Of a stretch of 64,000 nt of DNA, positions 17,546-27,491 are shown one piece after another. The position numbers were made by a program, and so were the translations under genes. This stretch comes from Acidaminococcus sp. (lineage in GTDB: Bacteria; Bacillota; Negativicutes; Acidaminococcales; Acidaminococcaceae). Every line of letters starts with the position of its first letter. The stretch's first letter is position 1. Where the stretch lies: contig DXYB01000003.1 of NCBI GenBank assembly GCA_019416065.1, forward strand, positions 644 through 64,643. Reading direction: 5' to 3'. The notes beneath the pieces were generated by a model that saw only the letters and a list, made by a program, of their open reading frames with translations, searched no databases and was not told where the DNA came from.

Positions 17546-18702
17546 AGTCCATCCCTCCTGTTGATTACGCGCCTAGCGAGCTCCCTTGCTTTCCGGTCTG
17601 CTTCCACGATGGTTTCATAGGAATCTGCCCGCTGATAAGAGGTTTTGTCCAATACCCGGGCAAGGACATCTGCCATTTCCAGATAAGAAATTTTTCCAGC
17701 AAAAAAAGCAGCATCTGCCTCTTCATTGGCAGCATTAAATGCACAGGGAAGGATCCCCCCTGCTTTACCGGCTTGAATGGCTAATGCAAGAGCAGGAAAG
17801 GTATGGGTATCCGGTTCAAAAAAAGTTAGCGGCCCAGCCTTCACCAGATTCAACTGGTCAAAAGCGGTATTAAACCGTTTCGGATAGCTTAGCGCATACT
17901 GAATAGGCAGCCGCATATCCGGCACACCCATTTGGGCGATGATCGCTCCATCCGTATATTCCACCAGGGAATGCACAATACTCTGGGGATGAATGATGGG
18001 CTTAATTTTTTCATAGGGGACATCAAAGAGCCAGTGGGCTTCAATAACCTCCAAGCCTTTATTAGCTAAGGTGGAAGAATCCAATGTCACCTTGGCCCCC
18101 ATGTGCCAAGTAGGATGCTGCAAGCAGCGCTCCACGGTAACTTGCGCCAGTTCTTCACGCTGCATGCCAAAAAAAGGGCCGCCAGAGGCTGTCAACAAGA
18201 TCTGTTTCACACTCTTATGAGCATTGCCTTGCAGGCATTGAAAGATGGCACTGTGTTCACTATCCACAGGAGTGAGTTGCACACCGTGTTTTTTTATGGC
18301 TTGCACTACAAGTTCCCCTGCCGCTACGAGAGACTCTTTATTGGCAAGGGCAATATGCTTTCCTGCTGCAATAGCCGAAAGCGTGGGTTTTAATCCGGCG
18401 TATCCCACCATAGCGCCTACCACGGTATCTGCCTCTGGGCAGGTGGCACAGAAAATTGCTCCTTCAGGGCCGGATACAATTTCTGTTTTGTCCTGAATTC
18501 TTTTGCGAAGCTCTTCTGCCCCGACAGGATCCGAAAGGGACGCCATAAGAGGATGAAATTTGCGAATTTGTTTCTCCAATAGGTCTACATTGTTATGAGC
18601 GGCAAGGGCCACGACCTGTAGCGTTTCGGGATTTTTTTCTACCACATCCAGGGTTTGCGTGCCAATGGATCCGGTAGATCCCAAAATAGCAATTTTTTTC
18701 AT
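17539..18702 (-). CDS. dxr: 1-deoxy-D-xylulose 5-phosphate reductoisomerase
   Basis: MKKIAILGSTGSIGTQTLDV, LANKESLV, DSEHSAIFQC motifs. Confidence 0.95.
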   Translation of the reverse strand: MKKIAILGSTGSIGTQTLDVVEKNPETLQVVALAAHNNVDLLEKQIRKFHPLMASLSDPVGAEELRKRIQDKTEIVSGPEGAIFCATCPEADTVVGAMVGYAGLKPTLSAIAAGKHIALANKESLVAAGELVVQAIKKHGVQLTPVDSEHSAIFQCLQGNAHKSVKQILLTASGGPFFGMQREELAQVTVERCLQHPTWHMGAKVTLDSSTLANKGLEVIEAHWLFDVPYEKIKPIIHPQSIVHSLVEYTDGAIIAQMGVPDMRLPIQYALSYPKRFNTAFDQLNLVKAGPLTFFEPDTHTFPALALAIQAGKAGGILPCAFNAANEEADAAFFAGKISYLEMADVLARVLDKTSYQRADSYETIVEADRKARELARRVINRRDGLC

Positions 18703-18713
18703 GCCAGCCTCCC

Positions 18714-19541
18714 TTACAGCAAAAATCCCGTGAGAAAATAATAGGCAAAGGGAATAGAGAAAATCAGGCTGTCACACCGGTCTAACACACCCCCATGTCC
18801 CGGAAAAAATTTTCCGGAATCTTTAATATCACAGGACCGTTTCAAAATGCTTTCTACCAAATCTCCTAGGGGTGCAAAAAGACCAATCCCGCACCCGAGC
18901 AGCAGCATGGATACAATACTGTAATCCAACCATAAGCAGCCCATCAAAAGGACAATAGCTACACAGCCGATAAACCCGCACACGGCCCCTTCCCGAGTTT
19001 TCTTGGGGCTGACTTTGGGAAGAAGTTTGGTTTTCCCAAAGGCCCTGCCGCCAAAATAGGCAAAGGTATCACTGGCCCAGGTAGCAAACATGGTCAACCA
19101 CAAAAGGGCCTCCCCCAGGCTCACGCTTCCCCAGAGAGGAAGCGTATATACATGGCCTGTCAGTTCCCGCAACAGGATAAAATGAGCAAACGGTAGCCCA
19201 ATATATACCAAGGAAAGACAGGTCAACCCGCAATTTAGGGGAAAATTCCCCCTGGCATAAAGTGCCAGTCCTTCCAGTAGCACCAAAAGGGAAAACAGCG
19301 TAATCATGGGAAGCAGCCACTCAGCAAACCCCAGGCCGGCCGCTAGTAGCATAAAGAAAATTCCTAAGGCTCCGCTGCCAATATAGACCTGAATGTTCAA
19401 TTTGTGCAGCATATTTTGCAATTCTTTAAACCCAGCCATTGCAAGTACCATAACTCCCAACATAAAGGGGAGTCCGCCCATTTTAATGAGAAAAAGGGCA
19501 ATGGGGATAGCTACGATCGCGGTTTTAATTCTTTGACCCAT
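18714..19541 (-). CDS. cdsA: Phosphatidate cytidylyltransferase
   Basis: Multi-TM protein. C-terminal signature SILKRSCDIKDSGKFFPGHGGVLDRCDS. Confidence 0.95.
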   Translation of the reverse strand: MGQRIKTAIVAIPIALFLIKMGGLPFMLGVMVLAMAGFKELQNMLHKLNIQVYIGSGALGIFFMLLAAGLGFAEWLLPMITLFSLLVLLEGLALYARGNFPLNCGLTCLSLVYIGLPFAHFILLRELTGHVYTLPLWGSVSLGEALLWLTMFATWASDTFAYFGGRAFGKTKLLPKVSPKKTREGAVCGFIGCVAIVLLMGCLWLDYSIVSMLLLGCGIGLFAPLGDLVESILKRSCDIKDSGKFFPGHGGVLDRCDSLIFSIPFAYYFLTGFLL

Positions 19542-19550
19542 TCTTGCACC

Positions 19551-20357
19551 TCACTTATTGAGTCCGCCAAAACGTCTATCACGGCTCTGGTAACTAAGCA
19601 GGGCATCCACCAGCAGGCTTTCGGAAAAGTCCGGCCAATAAACCGGCGTTGTCCAAAATTCCGCATAGGCAATCTGCCACAGCATAAAATTGCTGACCCG
19701 AAGATCTCCGCCTGTACGGATCAAAAGATCCGGTGCAGGAAGCCCCCGGGTATAGAGATGCTCTGTCACTATCTTTTCATCTATGTCATGGGGCGCCAGC
19801 TTCTTTTTCTGCACGAGTAAGGCAAGTTCTCTCGTTGCCTCCACGATTTCCCGCTGTCCGCCGTAATTGATTGCTATATTTAAAATAATCCCCGTATTGT
19901 TTCGGGTGGTTTCTAAGGCATGTTCCATCTTTTTTAATACCACTTCCGGCATGCCTTCCCGATCTCCCATAAAACGTACCTGCACATTATATTTGTGAAA
20001 TTCTTCCAGTTCACTGGTCAGGTATTGGCCTAGGAGATTCATGATAAACTTGACTTCTGTGACCGGACGTTTCCAATTTTCCGTGGAAAAGGCGTAAACG
20101 CTGATCACTTGAATTCCCAGTGAGTCCGCAAATTTTACAATAGTGCGCAAGGTTTTTGCCCCCTGGGCGTGACCAAATGTGCGGGGCTTTCCCTGGGCCC
20201 TGGCCCAGCGTCCATTGCCATCCATAATTATGGCTACGTGATGCGGTATGGCCTCTGGGTGTAGTTGGGCTATTTTTGCTTCCAGACTTTGTTCTTTTTG
20301 ATTTGCAGTTTGTTTTTCAGGCTGGTGATTGGACCGTCCAAAAAATTGTCTTAGCAT
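19551..20357 (-). CDS. uppS: Isoprenyl transferase (undecaprenyl diphosphate synthase)
   Basis: HVAIIMDGNGRWA, SVYAFSTENWKRP, RTGGDLRVSNFMLWQIAYAEF motifs. Confidence 0.95.
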   Translation of the reverse strand: MLRQFFGRSNHQPEKQTANQKEQSLEAKIAQLHPEAIPHHVAIIMDGNGRWARAQGKPRTFGHAQGAKTLRTIVKFADSLGIQVISVYAFSTENWKRPVTEVKFIMNLLGQYLTSELEEFHKYNVQVRFMGDREGMPEVVLKKMEHALETTRNNTGIILNIAINYGGQREIVEATRELALLVQKKKLAPHDIDEKIVTEHLYTRGLPAPDLLIRTGGDLRVSNFMLWQIAYAEFWTTPVYWPDFSESLLVDALLSYQSRDRRFGGLNK

Positions 20358-20393
20358 AGATAACCCCCGTTGTCTTTATGCATTGTATTACCA

Positions 20394-20434
20394 TTAAAAC
20401 AAAAGCAGCGCAGCCGGCAAATCGCAGGCTGCGC
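20394..20434 (-). terminator. Rho-independent terminator after the ferredoxin gene
   Basis: Minus strand GCGCAGCC-loop-GGCTGCGC hairpin (20408-20434), followed by UGCUUUUGUUUU. Confidence 0.7.
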
Positions 20435-20448
20435 AAATGAGCTATCGC

Positions 20449-20622
20449 TTATTCAACTTTGATAGCGCCGGTCGGGCAAGCGCCGGTGCAAGCATCGCAG
20501 TCAATGCAGCTAGCTTCGTCAACGACGTATTTGCCGTCGGATTCAGAAATCGCACCTACCGGGCAAGTTCCAGCGCAGGAGCCGCAGCCGATGCATTCTT
20601 CTTCATTAATTTTGTGTGCCAT
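20449..20622 (-). CDS. 2x[4Fe-4S] clostridial-type ferredoxin
   Basis: 57 aa MAHKINEEECIGCGSCAGTCPVGAI...CIDCDACTGACPTGAIKVE. ATG 20622 sits behind AAAGGAGG; the track start 20655 was rejected. Confidence 0.9.
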   Translation of the reverse strand: MAHKINEEECIGCGSCAGTCPVGAISESDGKYVVDEASCIDCDACTGACPTGAIKVE

Positions 20623-20854
20623 AATCAGTACACCTCCTTTCGAACTTACATCCAACGATTAATTGAATTATATTGTCAGTCGCTCTGCTTTGCTTCAACA
20701 CATAAGCATCCACATCGCGCCAGACTTGCGTAGTAGAATGAAAGAATGGTCTAGCTCTTACAATCTGCGTTTCCCATCCCTGCGCGTGCAGTAGTTTCAG
20801 GGCATAGGATAGCGGTCTAGCCAGTACATCAGGTATGGTAGTTTGCGTACTCAC
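20606..20854 (-). CDS. Hypothetical small protein (82 aa), possibly PASTA-like; coding status uncertain
   Basis: The GTG start overlaps the frr stop (GTGA), and the 3' end overlaps the ferredoxin start by 17 nt. IPDVLARPLSYALKLLHAQGWETQIV resembles the start of a PASTA repeat. Rich in AGA/CTA/ATA codons, unlike its neighbours. Confidence 0.35.
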   Translation of the reverse strand: MSTQTTIPDVLARPLSYALKLLHAQGWETQIVRARPFFHSTTQVWRDVDAYVLKQSRATDNIIQLIVGCKFERRCTDYGTQN

Positions 20855-21414
20855 ACCGCCATGACTTCCTTTTCTTTTTTGGCCAGCACATCATCAATCT
20901 TTTTGGTATACTGGTCAGTCAGTTTTTGGGAATCGTCTTGGGCAGCCTTGGAATCATCCTCCGTGATTTCCTTGGCTTTTAGCATCTTCTTCACGGCATC
21001 ATTAAAGTCCCGGCGAATATTCCGAATCTCCACACGGCTGGCTTCGCCCTTTTTATTCACCAATTTCACCAGTTCTTTCCGGCGTTCCTCGGTAAGAAGC
21101 GGCAGACTCAGGCGAATAACCTTGCCATCATTATTGGGGTTTAGGCCCAAATCACTGGTCTGGATCGCTTTTTCGATGGTTTTAAGCAGGCTACGGTCCC
21201 AGGGCTTGATTTCAATCATTCTAGGTTCCGGGATGGATACATTGGCCACCTGAGGTACCGGTGTGGGTGTCCCATAATAGTCCACTTTCACTTGATCCAG
21301 CAAAGAAGGGGTAGCCCGTCCTGTACGAATATTGGCCAATTCCGACCGCAAAGCCGTCACAGCATTATCCATTCTTTCTTTGGTTTTCGTCTCTAGCTCT
21401 TCTAAGGTAGCCAT
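20851..21414 (-). CDS. frr: Ribosome recycling factor
   Basis: 187 aa. RTGRATPSLLD, LSLPLLTEERRKELVK motifs. Sits in pyrH-frr synteny. Confidence 0.95.
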   Translation of the reverse strand: MATLEELETKTKERMDNAVTALRSELANIRTGRATPSLLDQVKVDYYGTPTPVPQVANVSIPEPRMIEIKPWDRSLLKTIEKAIQTSDLGLNPNNDGKVIRLSLPLLTEERRKELVKLVNKKGEASRVEIRNIRRDFNDAVKKMLKAKEITEDDSKAAQDDSQKLTDQYTKKIDDVLAKKEKEVMAV

Positions 21415-22140
21415 TTAGGTTCCTCCTACCAGGGTTCCGATTTCTTCTCCAGCAGCAGCCCGCAGGATATTCCCTTCCTTTTCGATGTTAAACACTACAA
21501 TGGGAATGTGGTTATCCATACAAAGACTGATTGCCGTAGAATCCATCACTCCAAGATTTTTTTGAATGACTTCAATATAGTCTAGGTGATCAAACATGGT
21601 GGCTTCTGGATGAATAGCGGGATCCGCATCATAGACCCCATCTACTCCTTTTTTCGCCATCAAGATGGCGTCCGCCTCAATTTCAGCAGCCCGTAAAGCT
21701 GCTGTGGTATCGGTGGAAAAATAGGGATTACCCGTGCCTGCGGCAAAAATAACTACCCGCCCTTTTTCTAAATGCCGTACAGCTTTGCGCCGGATGTAAG
21801 GTTCTGCCACAGCCCGCATTTCAATAGCCGTCTGTACCCGGGTGGGGACGCCCCGTTGTTCTAGTGCGTCCTGCAGTGCCAAGGAATTAATAACTGTAGC
21901 CAACATGCCCATATAATCGGCCGTGGCCCGATCCATTCCCTTTGAAGCTCCCGCTAGTCCGCGCCAGATATTGCCTCCACCGTTCACAACAGCTACATCC
22001 AGTCCATTGCTATGCACAGCCTGGATTTGGGCAGCAATGCTATCCACGGTTACAGGATCAATCCCATACCCTCGCTCTCCCGCCAAAGCTTCTCCGCTGA
22101 GTTTCAGAATGACACGCTTGAATGATCTTTTTCCAGCCAA
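21415..22140 (-). CDS. pyrH: UMP kinase
   Basis: [38 protein letters not shown] motifs. TTG start 8 nt after GGAGGG. Confidence 0.95.
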   Translation of the reverse strand: MAGKRSFKRVILKLSGEALAGERGYGIDPVTVDSIAAQIQAVHSNGLDVAVVNGGGNIWRGLAGASKGMDRATADYMGMLATVINSLALQDALEQRGVPTRVQTAIEMRAVAEPYIRRKAVRHLEKGRVVIFAAGTGNPYFSTDTTAALRAAEIEADAILMAKKGVDGVYDADPAIHPEATMFDHLDYIEVIQKNLGVMDSTAISLCMDNHIPIVVFNIEKEGNILRAAAGEEIGTLVGGT

Positions 22141-22221
22141 TCAGAGTCCCTCCCACAGAGTCCGATCTTTCTCTAACTGCTATTATAGGTGAATTTCCCT
22201 TTTACTGCAAGGTGTTTCGCC

Positions 22222-22252
22222 TAAGAAATAGGGCTGTCCTGAGACAGCCCTA
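22222..22252 (-). terminator. Rho-independent terminator after tsf
   Basis: Minus strand ATAGGGCTGTC-TCAG-GACAGCCCTAT hairpin, followed by UUCUU. Confidence 0.65.
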
Positions 22253-22266
22253 TGGATTTGGTTTGC

Positions 22267-23148
22267 TTATTTTACGAAGCTGGCAACCTCAGCAGCAAAA
22301 TCTTCTTTTTTCTTCTCAATACCTTCGCCCAGCTGATAACGGGCAAATCTCTTTGCCTTAGCACTATGTTCTTTCAGAAGGGTAGTAACGGATTTGTCGG
22401 GATCCTTGATGAATTCCTGATCCACCAGGCAGATTTCTTTGTAGAACTTCTGGATCCGTCCCTGTACCATCTTTTCAATGATTTTTTCCGGTTTGCCTTC
22501 GTTCCGGGCCTGTTCAGAAAGGACTTCCTTTTCGTGGTCCAGTTCAGCCTGAGGCACCTGGGTCCGATCCAAATAGGAGGGATTTGCCGCAGCAATATGC
22601 ATCGCTACGTCTTTAGCCACTTCAGCGTCGCCGCCTTCCAGTTCCACCAGGGCACCAATCTTGCCGCCCATGTGAATATACTGGCCAATCGTATCCTCAC
22701 CATAAGCATAGATGGTAAAACGGCGGATATCAATTTTTTCACCAATTTTAGCAACAGCTTCGGTTACAATTTCGCCCACAGTCTTGCCAGTATCCCCAAA
22801 GGTCTGGTTCTTCAGCGCATCCAAATCTGCCGGCTGCTTTGCCGCAATATGTTTGCTGATGGAACGAACCAGATTCCGGTATTCATCGGTATTGGCCACA
22901 AAGTCGGTTTCGCAGTTGACTTCCACCATAACCGCTACTTTACTAGCTTCGTCTACATAAATATCTACCAGGCCTTCTGCCGCAACCCGGCTGGCTTTCT
23001 TAGCCGCCTTGGAAAGGCCTTTTTCCCGCAGGAAATCAATAGCCGCATCCATATTGCCATCGGTCGCCGTCAGAGCTTTCTTGCAGTCCATCATGCCGGC
23101 GCCAGTGCGTTCACGCAATTCCTTTACCATGCTCGCAGTAATTGCCAT
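22267..23148 (-). CDS. tsf: Translation elongation factor Ts
   Basis: [27 protein letters not shown]-terminus and 293 aa length. Sits in rpsB-tsf synteny. Confidence 0.95.
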   Translation of the reverse strand: MAITASMVKELRERTGAGMMDCKKALTATDGNMDAAIDFLREKGLSKAAKKASRVAAEGLVDIYVDEASKVAVMVEVNCETDFVANTDEYRNLVRSISKHIAAKQPADLDALKNQTFGDTGKTVGEIVTEAVAKIGEKIDIRRFTIYAYGEDTIGQYIHMGGKIGALVELEGGDAEVAKDVAMHIAAANPSYLDRTQVPQAELDHEKEVLSEQARNEGKPEKIIEKMVQGRIQKFYKEICLVDQEFIKDPDKSVTTLLKEHSAKAKRFARYQLGEGIEKKKEDFAAEVASFVK

Positions 23149-23181
23149 CTGTATTCCTCCTGTAGTAACGGATCAGATTAC

Positions 23182-23928
23182 TTATTCAGCGTCTTTCTCT
23201 TCGACTTTTTCTGCTTCTTCTGCCACAACGGCTTCATCATCCACAGCGGCAGCCTTGCCTTCCAGCACCGCATCAGCCATTTTGCTGGTGAGTAGCCGTA
23301 CGGCACGAATCGCGTCATCGTTAGCAGGCATCAGGTAATCCACTTCATCCGGATCGCAGTTGGTATCTACGGTAGCTACAATGGGGATGTGCAGTTTCCG
23401 GGCTTCCAGGATCGCGTTGTGTTCTTTTCTCGGATCAACGACGAAGAGTGCCGCAGGCAGTTTCTTCATTTCTTTGATGCCGCCCAAATATTTTTCCAAC
23501 TTTGCCATTTCATGACGCAGCACAATTACTTCTTTTTTAGGCAGTACCGCAAACGTACCTTCTTCTTCCATCTTTTCCAAGTCATGGAGCCGTTTGATAC
23601 GGGTTTGGATGGTTTTGAAGTTGGTCAGCATGCCGCCCAGCCATCTTTCATTAACATAGAACATATTGCAACGTTCTGCTTCTTCTTTGATGGCACCCTG
23701 GGCCTGTTTCTTGGTCCCTACAAACAGAACTTGACCGCCCTTTGCCGCAACTTCCCGCAGGAAATTATAGCATTCTTCCACTTTCTTAACGGTTTTTTGC
23801 AGGTCAATGATGTAGATCCCGTTCCGTTCCGTGAAAATATACGGAGCCATCTTGGGGTTCCAGCGGCGGGTCTGATGCCCGAAGTGAACGCCTGCTTCCA
23901 AAAGTTGTTTCATCGATACAATAGCCAT
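23182..23928 (-). CDS. rpsB: 30S ribosomal protein S2
   Basis: [27 protein letters not shown]. Start taken at ATG 23928 behind AGGAGGAAG; the 40-codon upstream extension in the track was rejected. Acidic C-terminal tail. Confidence 0.95.
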   Translation of the reverse strand: MAIVSMKQLLEAGVHFGHQTRRWNPKMAPYIFTERNGIYIIDLQKTVKKVEECYNFLREVAAKGGQVLFVGTKKQAQGAIKEEAERCNMFYVNERWLGGMLTNFKTIQTRIKRLHDLEKMEEEGTFAVLPKKEVIVLRHEMAKLEKYLGGIKEMKKLPAALFVVDPRKEHNAILEARKLHIPIVATVDTNCDPDEVDYLMPANDDAIRAVRLLTSKMADAVLEGKAAAVDDEAVVAEEAEKVEEKDAE

Positions 23929-24046
23929 GTTACTTCCTCCTGTTTTTCCTCCGCAGTGTATTTTCCGCATCCCCTCTATTTGAGGACAGGCACGTCGAAA
24001 CGCTGCGTGTGTAGTGATGGGGCTGCCAATTTTACAGCTGTGGGTC

Positions 24047-24076
24047 ATTATACCATACTTGTTACAAACGTTGCAA
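24047..24076 (-). promoter_or_regulatory. Candidate rpsB promoter
   Basis: Minus strand TTGCAA (24076-24071), 18 nt spacer, TGgTATAAT extended -10 (hexamer 24052-24047). Confidence 0.5.
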
Positions 24077-24100
24077 GTTAAACTTTATGCGTTCTGTAAG

Positions 24101-24129
24101 TTGCGTATCTGTAAAAATTTCGGTATAGT
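24101..24129 (+). promoter_or_regulatory. Candidate promoter of the MBL hydrolase gene
   Basis: TTGCGT (24101-24106), 17 nt spacer, TATAGT (24124-24129). Confidence 0.45.
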
Positions 24130-24216
24130 AAGCATGAACGTACCAGTACTGGCGTTGCAGATTTACAACGTAAGAAAAGACGCTACTATTTATCTGCATG
24201 CCGGAAAGGAAAAACC

Positions 24217-25359
24217 ATGACGATGTCACGCAGAGAGTTTTTAAAAGGGAGCCTGGGCCTTGTGGCAGCCGCTGCAGCTGCCGGCGGTGGCGGCTGGGCC
24301 TATCTCAACCAGCCCCAATTTGGCCGCAGCCCAACAGGCACGCGCTTAGAAAAAATTTTAGCATCTCCCCACTATAAAGACGGACAATTTCAAAACCTTC
24401 TCCCTACCACTGTAATGACCCAGGAAGGAGAAAAAGATAATCGGGTCACAGGCCTTTTAAAAATGTTGTTTGGGGATAAAAAAGGGCTGGTCCCTGAAGA
24501 ACCAATCCTGCACAGGAAAACCAACTTGTTTTCCCTGGATCCGTACAAAGATTGCGTCGTATGGATGGGACACTCCAGTTTTTATTTGCAACTAGCCGGC
24601 CACCGAATTCTCATTGATCCCGTTTTTAGCCCCTATGCAGCCCCTGTTTCTTTTGCCAATAAGGCGTTCCCTGGTAGCAATGCCTATACGACTTCGGATA
24701 TACCGTCTTTGGATCTTTTGATCATGAGCCATGATCACTGGGATCACCTGGATTATCCCACCATTATGGGATTAAAGGATAAAATTCAAGCGATCCTTTG
24801 CCCATTAGGGGTGGGAGAATATTTCGAGCAGTGGGGTTTTTCCCCGTCCCAATTGGTTGAAGGGGACTGGAACAGCGCCTTTACACTGTTCCCCGATTTA
24901 ACCGTGCATATTCTCCCCTCCCGGCATTTTTCCGGACGCCTCCTAAAGCAAAATCAAACCCTTTGGAGTGGATTTGCCTTGATCACGCCGGAGAAAAAAG
25001 TGTACTATACCGGTGATGGGGGCTATGGCCCCCACTTTAAAGCCATTGGCAAACAATTTGGCGGTTTTGATCTGGCTCTCACAGAAAATGGGCAATACAA
25101 TTTGAACTGGCATCAGATCCATATGCTGCCTGAGGAATCGGCTCAAGCCATGGTAGATGTAGGAGCAAGGCTGGTGCTGCCTGCCCATAACAGTAAATTT
25201 GCTCTGGCGCGTCACCTCTGGCAGGATCCCATGCGGGACCTTGTAAAATACAGCAAAGACAAGCCCTATACGCTCCTCACCCCGCAAATCGGTCAGCTTG
25301 TGTCCATTGATCCTGCTCATCCTGGAGTGTTTTCACACTGGTGGGAGGATATGCGGTAA
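24217..25359 (+). CDS. Tat-signal MBL-fold metallo-hydrolase (NAPE-PLD-like)
   Basis: N-terminal twin-arginine signal MSRREFLKGSLGLVAAAAAA. Metallo-beta-lactamase motif LLIMSHDHWDHLD. Confidence 0.85.
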   Translation: MTMSRREFLKGSLGLVAAAAAAGGGGWAYLNQPQFGRSPTGTRLEKILASPHYKDGQFQNLLPTTVMTQEGEKDNRVTGLLKMLFGDKKGLVPEEPILHRKTNLFSLDPYKDCVVWMGHSSFYLQLAGHRILIDPVFSPYAAPVSFANKAFPGSNAYTTSDIPSLDLLIMSHDHWDHLDYPTIMGLKDKIQAILCPLGVGEYFEQWGFSPSQLVEGDWNSAFTLFPDLTVHILPSRHFSGRLLKQNQTLWSGFALITPEKKVYYTGDGGYGPHFKAIGKQFGGFDLALTENGQYNLNWHQIHMLPEESAQAMVDVGARLVLPAHNSKFALARHLWQDPMRDLVKYSKDKPYTLLTPQIGQLVSIDPAHPGVFSHWWEDMR

Positions 25360-25363
25360 AAAG

Positions 25364-25405
25364 AAACAGCAGTAGTAAAAGCGCTTGCTTTTACTACTGC
25401 TGTTT
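25364..25405. terminator. Bidirectional terminator between the MBL hydrolase gene and nrdR
   Basis: 19-bp perfect stem AAACAGCAGTAGTAAAAGC / GCTTTTACTACTGCTGTTT, with U-rich flanks on both strands. Confidence 0.8.
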
Positions 25406-25418
25406 CAAGTTCGTGTTT

Positions 25419-25892
25419 TTACTTTGTTTTATCCGACTGCCCTTTTTTGAGCATGTTCTGAATTTCCTGCATGAAACTGTTCACATCGGCAAATTGGCGA
25501 TATACGGAAGCAAACCGAACATAAGCGATCTGGTCTATTTTTTCCAGATGGGCCATCACGGCTTCACCGATCTCCGTGGACTTGATCTCGTTTTCGCCCT
25601 TGGCCCGGATCTCTGTCTCAATCTGGTTCGTGAGATTTTGGATCTGCTCATAGGTAAACGGGCGCTTTTCAAAAGCACGCAACAGTCCTGCCAAAATTTT
25701 CTTGCTGTCAAACAGTTCTCGTCGTCCATCCCGTTTCACAACGAGAAGGGGTACCTGTTCATATTTTTCATAGGTGGTGAAGCGCCGTCCGCACTGGGGA
25801 CATTCCCGGCGGCGCCGAATGGATCCGCCACCGTCTACGGAACGGGAATCCACTACGCGGCTATCTTCATACCCGCAGAAAGGACATTTCAT
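25419..25892 (-). CDS. nrdR: Transcriptional repressor NrdR
   Basis: MKCPFCGYEDSRVVDSR zinc ribbon, a second CPQC pair, and a C-terminal ATP-cone. Confidence 0.95.
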   Translation of the reverse strand: MKCPFCGYEDSRVVDSRSVDGGGSIRRRRECPQCGRRFTTYEKYEQVPLLVVKRDGRRELFDSKKILAGLLRAFEKRPFTYEQIQNLTNQIETEIRAKGENEIKSTEIGEAVMAHLEKIDQIAYVRFASVYRQFADVNSFMQEIQNMLKKGQSDKTK

Positions 25893-25913
25893 ACTACCAC
25901 TTCCTGCCGTTAC

Positions 25914-27038
25914 TTACTTGTTACGAATCCAGGGCGGAATCTCCGAAGTCGGCTCCGTGAAGCTCTTTACCTTGGAGCTGGCAGCTGATTCAGCGGCCTG
26001 GGTAAACCGGCTATTAGAAGTTTCCGGTTTGGTAAAAGGTTTTGGTTTCAAGGTGCTGGAGACAGTGTTGCTTTTACCTTCTTCAATCCCGGTAGCAATT
26101 ACAGTAACCCGGATTTCATCTTCAATGGTTTCGTCGATATTGGCACCAAAGATAATAATGGCATCCTGATCCACCACATCGGTAATAATCTTGCTGGCTT
26201 CGTTGACGTCCATCAAGGACAGATTGGGCCCGCCGGTAATGTTCAGCAATACGCCTTTTGCACCTTCAATGGTGCTGTCCAAAAGTGGGCTCTTAATGGC
26301 GGCTTCGGCTGCTGCCGCAGCACCTTCGTCACCCTTAGCCGTACCAATTCCCATCATGGCAGAACCAGCGTTCGTCATCACGGCTTTTACATCATTAAAG
26401 TCTACGTTAATCAATCCAGGCACAGCAATCAGATCACTGATACCTTGTACACCTTGGCGCAGGACATCGTCGGCCAGTTTAAACGCATCCCGCATGCTGG
26501 TCCGTTTGTCCACGACTTGGAGTAAGCGATCATTGGGGATGGTGATCAGGGCATCCACCTTGGATTTCAAATTGGCAATGCCTTGTTCCGCTACGTTGTA
26601 ACGGCGGCGACCTTCAAAAGCGAAGGGTTTTGTCACAACACCGACGGTCAAAGCACCAGCTTGTTTGGCCAATTCTGCTACCACATGGGCCGCACCGGTA
26701 CCGGTACCACCACCCATACCAGCAGTAATGAAGACCATGTCAGCGCCCTTGACAGCTTCTGCCAGGGCATCTTTGGATTCTTCTGCGGACTTTTCTCCGA
26801 TTTCCGGATTGGCACCAGCACCTAATCCTCGGGTCTCATCTTCCCCGATCTGGATCTTCGTAGGTGCTGAAGATTTTTTAAGTGCCTGGGCATCGCAGTT
26901 AACGGCAATGAATTCCACACCTTCCAGCCCGGCCTCAATCATACGATCTACGGCATTATTGCCGCCACCGCCTACACCGATGACTTTAATTTTCTCCAGG
27001 GGCTGATCCACAGTGTCTTTATCTGCCTCGTACTTCAT
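25914..27038 (-). CDS. ftsZ: Cell division GTPase FtsZ
   Basis: [25 protein letters not shown] (tubulin signature), NVDFNDV. GGAGG RBS. Confidence 0.97.
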   Translation of the reverse strand: MKYEADKDTVDQPLEKIKVIGVGGGGNNAVDRMIEAGLEGVEFIAVNCDAQALKKSSAPTKIQIGEDETRGLGAGANPEIGEKSAEESKDALAEAVKGADMVFITAGMGGGTGTGAAHVVAELAKQAGALTVGVVTKPFAFEGRRRYNVAEQGIANLKSKVDALITIPNDRLLQVVDKRTSMRDAFKLADDVLRQGVQGISDLIAVPGLINVDFNDVKAVMTNAGSAMMGIGTAKGDEGAAAAAEAAIKSPLLDSTIEGAKGVLLNITGGPNLSLMDVNEASKIITDVVDQDAIIIFGANIDETIEDEIRVTVIATGIEEGKSNTVSSTLKPKPFTKPETSNSRFTQAAESAASSKVKSFTEPTSEIPPWIRNK

Positions 27039-27155
27039 ACATGGTCCTCCTCATCATTTCTATACTAAAATTCATCGTTTTTAACGTACACTATATATAG
27101 TATACCATTTCACGCTGTATATTTCATCTTTTTTTACAAAAAATCTTCGATTTTT

Positions 27156-27491
27156 CTAGCTTGTTTTCATAAGCAGACGGCGGATGATCGCAATATTGTT
27201 AAAAATCCGCAATCCGAACGCAATCATCGCCACATAATACAAATCCATACCCAGACGCATACCGAAATAACATAGAAATACGGCAAACAGCGCATTGGCA
27301 AAAAAACCGCTTAAGAAGATCTTGCTGTTAAAATGCCCTTCCCGGGAAGAGCGATACCCCCCAAAAGCTGCATCCAGACAGGACATAAACGCTACTGCCA
27401 CATACCGGCTGTAAGTGGGGGGAATGACTGGCAAAAAGACGCCTAAAGCAAGGCCTGCACAAAGACCTGCTCCTGCATAAAGTAAAATCAT
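27156..27491 (-). CDS. sbp: Small basic protein Sbp (DUF1290, YlxX-like)
   Basis: 111 aa membrane protein. IPPTYSRYVAVAFMSCLDAAFGG...FLSGFFANALFAVFL...IAFGLRIFNNIAIIRR closely parallels B. subtilis Sbp as I recall it. Confidence 0.85.
   Translation of the reverse strand: MILLYAGAGLCAGLALGVFLPVIPPTYSRYVAVAFMSCLDAAFGGYRSSREGHFNSKIFLSGFFANALFAVFLCYFGMRLGMDLYYVAMIAFGLRIFNNIAIIRRLLMKTS

Noticed and set aside
22252-23295. 347-aa plus-strand ORF
   Set aside because: It lies entirely antisense to tsf and the 3' end of rpsB, both unambiguous. Its sequence is Phe/Leu/His-rich and low in complexity with no motifs. This is a typical shadow ORF of a highly expressed gene.
23389-24081. 230-aa plus-strand ORF
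   Set aside because: Antisense shadow of rpsB. No RBS and no recognisable domain.
25341-25988. 215-aa plus-strand ORF spanning the terminator and nrdR
   Set aside because: It runs through a 19-bp terminator stem and is antisense to nrdR and the end of ftsZ. Not credible as coding.
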